NCBI GenBank assembly: GCA_951406725.2
Contig: OX597834.1
Coordinates: 7,936,001 to 8,000,000 of the forward strand
Length of the DNA stretch: 64,000 bases
DNA from: Octopus vulgaris
Taxonomy: Eukaryota
Direction: 5' to 3'
Part shown: piece by piece, positions 1 to 15,965 of the stretch
How positions within the stretch are numbered: position 1 is the stretch's first letter
Layout of the letters: the number at the start of each line of letters is the position of its first letter
Notes under the pieces: model-generated
Seen by the model: only the letters and a program-made list of their open reading frames with translations
What the model was told of the DNA's origin: nothing
Database searches by the model: none
Made by a program: the position numbers and the translations under genes

Positions 1-63
1 AACAACAGACGAAATACGGCTACGCATTTCGCCCGGCATGCTAACGTTCCTGCCAGCTCACCG
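1..63 (-). mobile_element. SINE family A, 5' head fragment (window edge)
   Basis: Matches the head of copies at 34725-34955 and 49590-49665 (gacgaaatac..gcatttcgcccggc.tgctaacg.t.ctgccagctc). Confidence 0.8.
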
Positions 64-833
64 AATATTGAATTAGTATTATTTTTATATTTAGTTAGGA
101 AGGCCAGTTGAAGGCCTCTATGTTTGGAGAAAGAAATGGCAGTGTAACTTTAAGTTTGAGACCAAGACAAAATGAGGCCAGAGTTTTTTTTTTTTTTCTT
201 TTAACCAACTGAAGTACTACGTCTACTTGGCAAGCAGATTGTAGCTGGATTTGACCGCAGAAAGGAAAAACACGGAAAACAATGCAGCTAGACATCTGGT
301 CTGGCCTTGTGATAGTTCCATCAAATAACCAAATTACTGTCATGAATTTGTACATGCATTCTATCAAGCAGAACGGTTCAAAGCTAAAATTGATCAAAGC
401 TTGATCAGTAAGACGTGAAATTAGAGCGGAGGAGCAGATTCAAACATCGCGTTTTAACCTTTCTGCTAATTGGCAGCTAATGACTTAATTGGATTTGCGA
501 GTATATACAATTCTTCATACGATACTAACTGTAGACATGTAGTAAGAACGTCTAGTGTGAATTTATTGTGAGAGACTAACGAGTTTACTGTTAGTCTCAC
601 TCGTACTGTTCAATCAATCATTTTAAACATGGAGAGAGCTATCATGATGATTTGGAATTAGGCAAACAAATGCACGTGACTGTTTACTTTAGCTACGCTG
701 AGGTACGGTTTTTAAGGGCAACAGTGGATGATACCGACTATAGTAGTGGGATAGATACCATCTATTGTACCCTGATCCCAAATTACTGGCTGGGCCGATA
801 GGTTAAAAAAGAAATATTTAGTATTATAATTCA

Positions 834-941
834 GGCGCTGAGCTGACAGATTCGTTCGCACGCCGGGCAAAATGCTTTGTGGTATTCCGTCCGTCTTCCC
901 GTTCTGAGTTCAAATTCCTCCGGGATCGACTTTGCCTTTGC
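834..941 (+). mobile_element. SINE family A, partial
   Basis: ggcg..gagctg.caga.tcgtt.gcacgccgggc..aatgct head with B-box-like gagttcaaattcc. Confidence 0.8.
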
Positions 942-1850
942 TCAAAAGATCCCACTGATTTTTCTACGTTGAATGCGAAAAAAAAAACGGCAAGTGGTTT
1001 TTGTAATGTGACACAACATTTTTTTTCTTTTCCTCAAATTTAGATAACGTTTAAACTTCTTAATGATACAACGTATGGCAGTCATTTCATATTTCAGAAT
1101 CAAAGGTTTGATATCAGGACCCCGATTTCCTTTCACAGGTTAAATACACATATGTGTATTCTACACTCGTTTTTCGCGTGCCTAATTTCGTCGAATAATC
1201 TTGTAAAGTATCTACGAGGATTCGCTATCCTCGAACATACAACTACAGCTCCCCAAACTCGCAAGACTGTTATTACTATGACATAAGAGGTTCATCATCA
1301 TGGTCAAAGACCTGTTGGTCGATGGCTTCCTTTTTGAATTGCTCGATCACTGCTATCTCTATATCGCTGTAGAATATGTTAATTGGAAAAGAGTTTTGGA
1401 GTCCGTTCCCAGCTATGGTCGCTCTTCAGTTAAAGAACATTCTTTTCATCTACTTTTCCAATTTCAACTGAGTACAAAGAATTCAATAGTTCTTACTTCC
1501 ACGAGGGTTAAGGCAAGATTCTCTATTTTGTGTTATCCGTCGTATTGTGTTGCCCACTTTCTGCAGCGGACCAGTAACACTTGCATGTTCATACGAACTC
1601 TACAAATATACGTATCACGTCTGCTCGCCGGGCGTAAACTAAAGCAACTGTTATGAGGAAATAAAAGTCATCATCACAACCAAAACCATTCCTTATATCC
1701 ATTGTAATGTGCTTTTCCCAAGCATTGCATCAGATACAAGTGAAATATATTTTTTTCGGAGGATATGACAAATATAAATCTCCTTTAAAATTGTTATATT
1801 TCAAGTTCCTTCAAACTCAAACTAAATGGTGATGCTGCTACTGCTGTTGC

Positions 1851-2219
1851 TGTTGAGCGATGCAACCTTCGTCCCAGAGCTCGCTGTGGGAGAAGTCCGA
1901 ATCGAGGTCCTTTGCTATTCGTAAGACCCGCAGAAGAGAAAGCAGGTCAATCACCGACACCGAGGGCATCAACGGATGGATGAATGCGCATCCAGGCTCA
2001 GCGGTTGCGTAGGAAGTCGGGGACAAGACAGAGGAAGAAAGATTGAGAGAAATTTGGAGCGAAAGAGTACAGCAGGGGTCGCCACCATCCCCTGCCAAAG
2101 CCTCGTGGAGCTTTTAGGGATTCTCGCTCAATAAACACACACAACGCCCGGTCTGGGAAAGGAAGCCGCGATCCTACGACAGCGAGTTCGCTGCGCTAAC
2201 CACTGGGCCATTGCGCCTC
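1851..2219 (-). mobile_element. tRNA-derived SINE family B (tail type 1)
   Basis: Minus-strand head gaggcgcaatggcccagtggttag (A box); body shared with 55446-55812. Confidence 0.85.
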
Positions 2220-2225
2220 ATCCTC

Positions 2226-2227
<2 letters not shown>

Positions 2228-2258
<31 letters not shown>

Positions 2259-2262
2259 ACGG

Positions 2263-2310
<48 letters not shown>

Positions 2311-2435
2311 CGATGACGATGACGATGACGATGATGATGATGATGATGACGACGATGACGATGACGATGATGATGATGATTACGACAACGACGACGATGA
2401 TGATGATGATGATGATGATGATGACGATGATGATT

Positions 2436-2491
<56 letters not shown>

Positions 2492-2497
2492 GATGAT
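2228..2497. repeat. (GAT)n/(GAC)n microsatellite
   Basis: Direct inspection. Confidence 0.95.
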
Positions 2498-2988
2498 TGG
2501 TAAATCAAGGAGGAAAAGAAGGAAGGATAAATATTATTTGGCCATATTCGGAATTATTGTTCCTAGAAATGCGTTAATGATGTTATCACTGTTAGGGATA
2601 TTTCTTTGCTGTTGTTGTTGTTAATGATGATGTAAGTGTTGTTAATTTTTATTACCATCTCAGCATTTTGAAAAGGTAGATCGTATCTATTGGAGTGATT
2701 TCCCCTGATCTCGATTGGGCAGATTAGAAACCAGGAGCTTACCACCGATGGAAATCCACACCTGCTCTAACGATATGCTGTATATTGGAACACGCTATTG
2801 TGACTGGTTTAGGTGTAATTACACCAATTTAATTTCGATACTTTATTAAGAGAACATTCGGTCGCTGCACTGCACAGTAATAAGAACGAAACAGTGTTTC
2901 TTATACAATGTGCAGAGTTTGATATACAGGAGAAAACCACCTCATAACGGAACATGAAGGAACACACAGACACAAGACACCCCCCCAT

Positions 2989-3049
<61 letters not shown>

Positions 3050-3185
3050 TAAATAGTTATGCATATATAGAGAGATACATGTACATATGTAAAAAAACAC
3101 ATTTATATACACATATGAATATATATATATGTATGTATGTATGTATATTTAAAAATATATAAATATATATATATACATACATAAT

Positions 3186-5435
<2,250 letters not shown>

Positions 5436-5437
<2 letters not shown>

Positions 5438-6780
5438 ATGTTACATTACTCGGTAGTCAAGATAAAACTCTGAGTTTCAGAGTTTCAGATGCCGAAGTGG
5501 AAATCCACAACACCATCTCTTCGGTTATCTGGCTATTTGAAAACGTTATGAAAAAATACCGTTAAAAATGAAGGGAAATTACTCTGTTATAACTCTGCTT
5601 TGCCTGCGTACTTATACATCGCTCGCATTTTTCGTCATAAAAATTATATAAAATACATAAAAATATATAAAAATATATAAAAAATATATAAAATCTTCTT
5701 GGGACATAACACAGAAAGCATGTTCTATCCGTTTTCTTTAGGGGACCAAAAACGTAACAGAAATTTAGTCACATGTGGGCATGATCCGAAAAGCTCTGTC
5801 CTTGTATTTAGACATGTGGTAGGGTCTAAGCTGCTTTTCCAGATAAGCCATCTCTCCATGTCGCATAAACCGCACCTTCCGCTGCCGTTAGTGTAGGGCT
5901 TACATATGGCCAAAATCTTCCATTGTATGTTATAATCGACACCTTTATCTCTTAAAGACCAAATATGATTGGATAATTGTGTCGCTTTTCTTTGTTCCAG
6001 TGCCTAAAGCTCAAAGTGTGGTTATTGAACCTGGCCTTGAAATTACCCTCTGTCAGGCCCACGTATTTCTTCGTCGAAACGGTGTCTTTAGTGGTTATAG
6101 AGTTTACGGTAGCTTCATATATGATGGTCTTGGACATGCAAGCTCCATTTAGCGGGCACAATTCTTTATTCCTGCATGAACAGCTGTTTTCTTCTTGTGT
6201 TTTTTGTATGTTATGATTGATTATGTTTTTAAAATTGGTAGTTGAACTAAAACTAATTTTTAAATTGTGTCTATTGAAGAGTTTCCTATAAGCATGGTTA
6301 ACTGGAAAATGTCTATCTATCAGTGCTAGGAAATATTTACCTATATTGAAGGCCACCTTGGGTGAGTAAGGGGGCGTAAACCAGATGACCTTCCTATTTC
6401 TATTATTCCTTTTCCTTACTGTTGGGCTGGTGATAGGTGTATATTTTATTTTTTCGCTAAAACCACTATCTTTTAAAGCTTTATTATAAACTGGGGCAAC
6501 GCTATTGAAGATGTCCTCATTAGATGAGAGGCTAGAAATCCTCTTACTAATATTTTTAACTAAATTTTTGAATACTATAAGGGGATGGCATGAACCTACA
6601 TTAATATAACTTAGTCTATCATTGGGCTTCCTATAAGGCTTATAAATATTATTATTAAGATCTAAGGAAACGTCTAAGAAATTGACAACCGTCAGGTTAG
6701 AGTCTATAGTTATACTAAGTCCGAAGTGTTTCATTAACTGGATAATATCCTTCCTAAAACGATCTTGTGCTGGTCCATTT
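5436..6780 (-). mobile_element. 5'-truncated Penelope-like retroelement (RT C-terminus + GIY-YIG), possibly Naiad-like; frameshifted
   Basis: ORF 5952-6734 (VNFLDVSLDL, YRKPND..YI..GSCHP, IWFTPPYS, CSCRNKELC, IIY..YVGLTE..FKARFNNH) continues out of frame into ORF 5725-5913 (CGLC..LN.R.E...CPH); bounded by (TA)n. Confidence 0.9.
5460..5530 (-). ncRNA. Type I hammerhead-like motif with long stem III in PLE tail
   Basis: Minus strand: agataa-CCGAAGA-gatg..catc-t-GAA-actctga(aac)tcagagt-T-ttatct. Confidence 0.65.
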
Positions 6781-6805
6781 CTTTTGTTATCTTACCGTTT
6801 TATCA

Positions 6806-6842
<37 letters not shown>

Positions 6843-6850
6843 CACACATA

Positions 6851-7130
6851 CGCCTAGTGGTTAGGGTAGCGGACTCGCGGTCGTAGGATCGCGGTTTCGA
6901 TTCCTAGACCGGGCGTTGTGAGTGTTTATTGAGCGAAAACACCTAAAAGCTCCACGAGGCTCCGGTAGGGGGGGTGATCCCTGCTGTACTCTTTACCCAC
7001 TTTTTCCTCTGTTGGCCTGCTCGCTTAGCCAGCGGGGTGGCCTCGTTCGATGGCTAAAACAATGCGAACGCATTGTGACCAGCGATGTGTAGCAACATCT
7101 GATGGTCTGGCCGGTCCCCTGATCACGTGA
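6851..7130 (+). mobile_element. SINE family B (tail type 2)
   Basis: tagtggttagg..ggtttcgattcc A/B boxes; tail shared with 23733-24042. Confidence 0.85.
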
Positions 7131-7390
7131 TATACATAATAACATCTTGTTGTGGGTGCTTGAAATATGAAATAGATAAACAGCAGATAACTGATGAAGG
7201 GTCGATCTTTACGTTACTTGAATTGTTTTTCATTTGTTTATTTCGCGTGTTCGCAACAAAGTACGCATTCCATGTTTTCGTATTTCGTATTTCATGTTGT
7301 TTACGCTTTATGACGTCGTGTACCAATATATTCATATGTACATATACACGAAAGTATGTACATATATGTATGTATATATATGCATATATA

Positions 7391-7433
<43 letters not shown>

Positions 7434-7439
<6 letters not shown>

Positions 7440-7615
7440 AGGAGCTTCTACAGGACTAGAACTGTTTCATTCAAGAGAAATCTTCAGGAAGCTTCTGAAT
7501 ATTTCTCGAATGAAACAGTTCTAGTCCTGTATCCTTCTATATAATAAATTAATTTTACTCTGCTATGTATTGAGTACCTTATTTACTGTGGTTAACCCCG
7601 ATTCAACCCGGGACC
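7434..7615. mobile_element. Short foldback element with HHR-like cores, between (TA)n tracts
   Basis: Palindrome 7434-7541 centred on aagctt (7489-7494); minus strand CTGAAGA..GAAAC..GTC. Confidence 0.6.
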
Positions 7616-7662
<47 letters not shown>

Positions 7663-7744
7663 GTGTGTGTGTGTGTATCTCTCTCTCTCTATATATATAT
7701 ATATCTTGGAAGGTTTGGAGACGATGTACAGGTATTTTATATTA

Positions 7745-8048
7745 AAAGAAATGAGGTACTTAGAAATTCTGATGCTTTTATATTTACAGATATGTATTTG
7801 CATATTATATTACATTTTTTATACATCATATAACTTAGATCATATATTAGTGCTTTCTCCCATTCTAGTGGGGTTTTCAAATCGAGGGGTTTTCAAATCG
7901 AACTGAGACTTAGTTCGATTTGAAAACCCCACTAGAATGAGAGAAAGCACTAATACATGATCTAAGATATATGATGTATAAAAACATGTAATATACAAAT
8001 AGATATCTGTGAATATAAAACCATCAGAATTTCTGAGTGCCTCATTTC

Positions 8049-8052
<4 letters not shown>
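7745..8052. repeat. About 300-bp foldback inverted repeat
   Basis: agaaatgagg.act.agaaattctgatg...ttcaaatcgaact / agttcgatttgaa...catcagaatttctgagtgcctcatttct; centre near 7907. Confidence 0.85.
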
Positions 8053-8132
<80 letters not shown>

Positions 8133-8616
8133 TATATATATATACGCAGACGTAAATGCACTTTGTATTAATATTTTGAAGGAATATGTGAGTGCCCGAG
8201 TGTCTACATACCCATATTATGTTTTTCAAGATTAATATAAATCTATAGGGAGTTAAGTAACATACGTCTGACCGTCTATTCAGACAAAGTGTATCGCAAT
8301 TTAAAATCGCTTTAGTTACTAGCACTCGGATATTACGAAGCGTTACTGTATTATAACTACTCTGACTACGATACCGAGAAAGGAAAATTCATTTTCCGTT
8401 ATTGGAGAATTAGCGGTGGTTGTTATTGTAGTAGCAACAGTAATAATAACGGTTGTTATTATAGTAGTATTCTTAGTTAATAATATGTATTTAACGCAGA
8501 ACAATATTCACAGCAAGATAAATAAAGTATATTTACATACATGCTAATATATGTCACTTTAACATCAAGCTGTAATAATAAATATTCCAGTAAATAGCAA
8601 CTGGAATATATTAGGA

Positions 8617-8689
<73 letters not shown>

Positions 8690-9870
8690 TATGTATATAT
8701 GTATATATATGTATATATGTATTTATATATATATATATATCTGTATGTATGTATGTATGTATGTATGTATGTATGTATGTGCGTGTGGTTATGTATGTAT
8801 ACATGGATATTTATACATATATATATGGATCTTTGTATGTATGCATTTTTGTATATATGCATTTATATACGTGTATGTGTGTTTGTGTATGAGTGCGTAT
8901 ATGCATGTGCATGTTCATTTGTCTTTGCATACGTATATATGTAGACGCAAATATGTTTATATGTATGTGTGTGTCTACATTTTTATACACATAGAAACGT
9001 GCTGATACTTGCAAACGCATACACACTTATATATATGTTTATATACAGAAAGAGAGAGAGAGAGAGATAGAAAGAGAAAGAGAGAAAAAGAGAGAGAGAA
9101 AGGGAGAGAGAGAAGATGAGGAAAGTCGCAGAGAGAACAAGAGATTGATTGATATGTATATACAGACACACTGACACACGCGCACACCCATGCACATACA
9201 TACACTGTACATACACATACACATTAAGAAACAAATCAACGCTTTGTAATGGAGGCACTTCAGCAAAAGTAGTTCATTCCTGACGAACGCTAACTCTAGG
9301 AAACGAATGATTACATAATGGAATCTAGACAGTAAGCAATCAGTTAAATCTGAGAAAATACGTCACTTCCCTTTCTGAAATAACATGAGAACATTGTCAT
9401 TGATGTAGACTTTAAAAAAATTTTATATTTACACTGCAGATCTGAGATTTGATCTAAGAGCGTATGGATCCTCTTTCTTCTATGTCAAACAAATACGTGA
9501 CATTTCTTATGTTGTCTCAGAGTCTTGTAAAGACTTAGGAGAGGCCGGAAATCTCAACTATTCTTATATTCAGGGTAACAGGCGATTGATTCTGCTTGTT
9601 TTATTCAGCTAAGCTCATCAGACTACATGCAGTCATTTATACGCAACTCCGTCATGACGTTGCAGTCTTACTCGATGCGACACTCGCAAATGTGATCTCT
9701 TCTACTTGTTTAGACTTATAACTTTAAAGGTTTAAATCCCTGAATTATAGAAACTTTTGGTCACCTCCTTTAAGGATTATATACGATTGCATCAACACTA
9801 ATATTTACTGTATTATGATTCTCATATTTCGATCGCTTCTCATAAATTGTCCATTTAGGGAGATAAATAA

Positions 9871-10012
<142 letters not shown>

Positions 10013-10039
10013 GAAATATTAAAATTACTAAGTCTCTCT

Positions 10040-10082
<43 letters not shown>

Positions 10083-10109
10083 GAAATATTAAAATTACTA
10101 AGTCTCTCT

Positions 10110-10170
<61 letters not shown>

Positions 10171-10215
10171 GTGTATGTATATATAGCAACAATTTAGATT
10201 CAAATGAATCTATAT

Positions 10216-10306
10216 AATTGGCTGATGAGCATTCAGCATCTTAAATCTGCTGTAATACTTACAACTTTTAATAAAATGATGTAGTGCGAAACAATTGTAC
10301 AAAATT
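10216..10306 (+). ncRNA. Type I hammerhead ribozyme motif in a short (TA)n-flanked element (about 10186-10336)
   Basis: CTGATGA(10222-10228)-gcatt...agtgc-GAAAC-aatt-GTA; stem I imperfect. Confidence 0.7.
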
Positions 10307-10334
10307 ACCGGAGTCATTCTTGTTGCTTATTTTT

Positions 10335-10394
<60 letters not shown>

Positions 10395-10512
10395 TACATG
10401 CCAGGTGTATACTTATCAGACAGGTAGTCATGATTGGTATATTGGGCTTCGTATATTTTGTATCCCAGTGCCCACTTTGATGGCATGCACTTGTCTCTCA
10501 CTCAATAATAAT
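10395..10512 (+). mobile_element. End fragment of (TAA)n-associated repeat family D
   Basis: Reverse-complement homologue of 40611-40700 and 41181-41285; ends ctctcactcaataataat. Confidence 0.75.
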
Positions 10513-10731
10513 AATGTTGATGATAATAATAACAATAAAGGCGAACGCAGCACCATTATGAAATAGTGTATTGCTGGAAAAGCTAAAAAAGGCAGCTGCT
10601 AAGTTATCTTTTCACCTATGACCGATTGAAATATTCATATGCGATCTAATAGGATTACATTTTAGACACGACAGCAGAAACTTAGTTTTCATTACCAACC
10701 TCAAACTAAAAACAAATTAGAATTTTGTAAA

Positions 10732-10948
10732 TACGAGACGGTACTGAAACGTTCGTGGCTTTGAATAAAAGAAGATATAGAAATATCAGTTAATTATGAT
10801 TTTATTCAACATAGTCCCCTCTGAGATGAAGGCACTTATTGCAGTGGTCCTTCAAGTGTTCTAAGCCTTGTAAAGAAACTCGGTATGTTGGGCTTCCAAC
10901 CAGCCCTTTCGCGATACTCTTAAAGCCAAGAAACCTTTCAGCACACCA
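10732..10948. mobile_element. Mariner-type MITE
   Basis: Degenerate TIRs tacgag.cggtactgaaacgttcgtggcttt / aaagccaagaaacctttcagcacacc; homologous to 21950-22152. Confidence 0.7.
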
Positions 10949-11972
10949 TTATCTATATCCATGTTACTGGATTTCAAAACGAAAACGGGTAGATCCTAAA
11001 GGCAGACGGTAATCTACAAAGATATGAGGTACATAAAACCCTGAGGAAATTTGATATCAAAATTCACTTCTTGAAAAAGATTAATCTACGGTTGAAACAT
11101 CCCTCCTGAGTAATTTAACAAAGCCAAGGTTTATCTTCCACTGACAGGCTAGCTTAGAAATATATTCTACATGGAAGGTATTACGAGAGAAAGGTCATTA
11201 AACATAGGGCCATAAACAGGCTAGATTTAAATATAATAGGAAAATAAACTCAGGTTTAAACGAATAAACTTGTGGAAGCACGAGTAGTTGAATGATGAAG
11301 TTCACCTTTGATACAGATAATGAAATGAGAAGCGTCTACTCCATGGATTAAATGAACGACCGGTTCCTTTTTCAGAAAACATTACTTATACGACACATAC
11401 TTGAGAAGAAGTTATGGCAAAAGGGCTAAATATTTATGAGTATGACAAACAAAATGAGGACAGTAGTTCCAATATATCAGTATAAAATTGACAGGTAAAA
11501 GAAATGATTTCACAAGTAAGCAAAACGGATATCTTTATGAGTTACGGCTAAAGGTGAGTTTAAGACCAGAAATGGTGGTATATAGAGTATTCTGTTTTAC
11601 CTCCATGTTATCGTTATCGGCCATTTTTTTTTCCTAAATTATCGCTCATGGAAAAAAATAGAACGTTAATAGACAATTAAGGACATTCTTTAACGCCCAT
11701 ATACAGAACATGTGGAACAACCCAATTTACGAGGACATAAATGTACGTACATATGCATAGATACATGTGTGCATGCATATATATATGTGTGTATATGTGT
11801 GTGCCTGTGTGTGTGTATGTGTGTGTCTGTGTGAGTACTTATGTACATATATATATATATATATATATAGTGCATCCACAAATAAGAGATGTGCCTGTAG
11901 CTAATAAATTGCCTATATCTACCTATTCCTCTCTTTCTCTCTCTGTATATATGTATATGTATATATATATAC

Positions 11973-12042
<70 letters not shown>

Positions 12043-12071
12043 TATATATATATACATATATATGTATATAT

Positions 12072-12113
<42 letters not shown>

Positions 12114-12729
12114 CGCTATAAGATACATATATACATACAGACGCCAAAAAATGCATATATTCAGATACAGGCACCAACCGCCCACGCCCACACACACACA
12201 ATCCTGTTTTTTTCTTCTTTTTTTTCTGTATTCAGTTTCGGCAACATACTATTTTACTTTTTATTATCCTATTTCCAATGCTGCACAATTCCTAATCTTG
12301 TGTCTGTAACCAAAATATTCCTTACTCGGAACATCAAAGTGAAATAAAATATCTGCTCTAACTTGTATTATAGCAATAATTCTTGCTCTTTTGTCATGAA
12401 TCTTTAACTACAGCTGTTTTGGAAAGGTTAAGGAGCAGCTAGTCTACAGAATGAAGTAGATTTTATTGGAAACAGCGTCCAGGTATATTCTACAGACGTT
12501 GCTTGTGTTTTGTTGTTATTGATTTTTGTTGTTGTATGCTTTTGTTTCCTCTGTATGTTTTGAGTTTATTTTTGTCCAACATATTATCTGATAGTTCTAT
12601 TTCCATTTCACATTTAATTTTCTTCTCTCACAATTTTCTTATTTTAATTTTGCATTATTTTCGTTTTTTGTCTGTTGCTGTAAGGTGAGGCAGAATACTC
12701 CCATACAGAAAGTTATATGATAAGGACCA

Positions 12730-12774
12730 TTATTAACATTATTAGTATCATTATTATTATCATTATTATTATCA

Positions 12775-12850
<76 letters not shown>

Positions 12851-12901
12851 CATCATTATTATTATTATTATTATCATCATTATTATTATTATTATTATTA
12901 T

Positions 12902-12965
<64 letters not shown>

Positions 12966-13192
12966 TTTTTTTACTATTATTATTAATATTAGTATTATTA
13001 TCATCATCATTGTTATTATTATTATTATTTTTATTATTATTATTTTTAATATTATTATTGTTATTATTATTATTATTATTATTATGATTGTTATTATTAT
13101 TTTTACTATTATTATTAATGTTATTATTATTATTATAATTATTATTATTATTATTATTATTACTATTACTATTACTATTATTATTATTATTA

Positions 13193-13230
<38 letters not shown>

Positions 13231-13241
13231 GCTATTATTAT
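12730..13241. repeat. (ATT)n microsatellite
   Basis: Direct inspection. Confidence 0.95.
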
Positions 13242-13952
13242 CAGCAGTGAAATCTAGTGACGTTGTTTCCCGTTCTTTGGTAAACCAGTTAGTCCACTAG
13301 ATAGTGTAGCCAATCTAAATCCAACCACGCCTTTCTCGTCAGAATCTTTAGCGGCATTAGATAATGTAGGCCTAAGCATAAAAAAATAGGAGTTTTTCGA
13401 TAGTATATCATGCATTTCCTAATTTCTAGGATATCTTCTATTCTCAGCTCGCCGATTGTGTCTCTTCAGCCAAGTGTGTATTAATAAGGCAGATTATAGA
13501 ACATTGCTGTTTTCATATCACGCTAGTGTATCATTCAATTCTCCATGCATCAAAGAATAACTTTGAAGATCAGCTGCTCTCACAACATAACTCAAGTTAT
13601 CTTCACTCATGCTTTCTTGAAAATTAATATTGTACACGAAGCAAAGCAGGCGCGCACACGTATATACTCACACGCAAACGCAAACATAGAAAACAAAACA
13701 CCACATTCACATATATTCACGCATATCCTAACACATCTATCTTAAGTTACCATAGAACCTCCACGCATTGCAAATATATTCAAATAACATACAACATAAT
13801 TCCACATACACCCATTTCCTAAAATTCTTTTTTTTTTTTTTACTTTATTCCCAAAACAGGGAGAAAATGTTTTGCTGGATTTCAGTGTACGAATTGCTGT
13901 ATAGAACGAGTGAGATAAATAGAAAAACATCGGAGGATAAACAAAAATTAGT

Positions 13953-14337
13953 GTGGAAGCACTCCGTCGGTTACGACGATGAGGGTTCCGGTTGATCCGA
14001 ATCAACGGAACAGCCTGCTCGTGAAATTAACGTGTAAGTGGCTGAGCACTCCACAGACACGTGCACCCTTAACGTAGTTCTCGGGGATATTCAGCGTGAA
14101 ACAGAAAGTGACAAGGCCGGCCCCTTGAAATACAGGTACAACAGAAACAGGAAGTAAGAGTGAAAGAAAGTTGTGGTGAAAGAGTACAGCAGGGTCGCCA
14201 CCATCCCCTGCCGGAGCATCGTGGAGCTTTAGGTGTTTTCGCTCAATAAACACTTACAACGCCCGGTCTGGGAATCGAAACCGCGAACCTATGACTGCGA
14301 GTCCGGTGTCCTAACCACTGGGCCATTGCACCTCCAC
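13953..14337 (-). mobile_element. Full-length SINE family B (tail type 3) with 14-bp TSD
   Basis: tRNA-like head at about 14260-14337; aaacaaaaattagt at 13939-13952 and 14338-14351. Confidence 0.9.
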
Positions 14338-14560
14338 AAACAAAAATTAGTACTTATATTTGATTGGTAAAGATCTATTCCTCCCTCTCCCTTTCTCTCT
14401 CCCCCCTCTATCTATTGCCTATCAATCAATTTATTTATCTATTTATATCTATAGATATATATCTATATATGTAAACGATCATTTATCATAAATTAGTTTA
14501 CGTGACCCAATCGATCAGGATACATATTTACATACATATGTGTAAAAATATGTATATATG

Positions 14561-14605
<45 letters not shown>

Positions 14606-14642
14606 CCAAAACACATACATACATGCACACACATGCATATGA

Positions 14643-14734
<92 letters not shown>

Positions 14735-15189
14735 GTATAGTTGCATACATATGTTACACTATGGTCTTTCTTTGTTTCCATGTAGCAAATCCACTTGCAA
14801 GGCCTTTGTTAGTTTTAGGCTATTGTAAAATATATCTACTCCTCTTGCCACATAACAGAACTGAACTCAAACCATATAGTGCTTAGAATCTTATGAGGTC
14901 TCACCGTGATGAAAGCTCGGATCACTGGATTCACATTCGAGAATTTACAACCATTTCACCATGCTTGTTTATTTTAAATGTTTGTGTCCAAAAATACAAG
15001 AAGATTTTAGTAGACGCTCGGTAAACATTTCGTATACCTACTTCCCCAATATCAATGATATTATCTCTCTCGAACCATGCCAGGAATCCACTCCCATTTG
15101 CAACTGTCGCGACCATGCGGTTTGCTTTCTCAATTGAGCATGTTTGATAAACTCAGTTGTTTATGCAGCAGAAGACACCTCAGTGCTCA

Positions 15190-15495
15190 CATATAAGGCA
15201 ACCCATAAGAAAAATTACGTCGGTTTATGCGAAGGAAATTATTAAAAGCCGACACGTTGATAAAAATAATGGCATCAAATTGCATCGGTAAGTACGGGAT
15301 TTGAAGAACAACTGCACACTGCATGCAATGAAGTGGAGAAGCGTGGGAATATCAACGCCATATATAAATGGAACAAAAATATGAAAGTAATGCCTAGCAG
15401 AAAGATGGCAGAGTCTTTTTAGAACCAAGAACACCACCACACTATTTAATTCCAAATCTGAAATCTTTAGCAAATGCAAACATGGGAATAATTTT
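15190..15495 (+). pseudogene. Degenerate PLE GIY-YIG/C-terminal remnant
   Basis: Fragments KNYVGLCEGN, TPYINGTK, LFNSKSEIFSKCKHGN parallel the C-terminus of the 5436-6780 element; stops and frameshifts. Confidence 0.65.
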
Positions 15496-15856
15496 TTCGT
15501 CGAACCGGTTTCAGCCGCTGTCTCGCAGACAATGGAAATGCCACCGTTATATTATTCTACAGCAACGAGATTAATTATGATTTCCACAGAGGAAACGGAG
15601 ATCTTGGTTTTCAGTTCTTTCATCTCATTCCACTTTTTGCATCAACCTTCTCATTCTTGTTCACAATTTCTTGTGGGCCGAAGTCTGGTTTTCCAATTGC
15701 TCTAACGGTAACTACTGAATCTCATAGATTGCTTGGCAACACAGACTACGTTATATACATCTGACAAATTATCATAGTTCTTCGGGAAATAGACTACTAG
15801 CTGCTCTGTACATATTAAATTATATATATATATATATATATGCATGTGTGCGTGTG

Positions 15857-15898
<42 letters not shown>

Positions 15899-15899
15899 C

Positions 15900-15965
<66 letters not shown>

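Noticed and set aside
1300-1656. 118-aa ORF
   Set aside because: No recognisable motif; probably chance or a decayed transposon
2211-2624. Poly-Met ORF and the many YIYI, poly-I/N/S/L and CVCV ORFs across the window
   Set aside because: Translations of microsatellites lacking stop codons; no protein signal
9274-9310. tcattc-CTGACGA...GAAAC-gaatga hammerhead-like string
   Set aside because: No stem III or cleavage triplet and weak stem II; at most a relic
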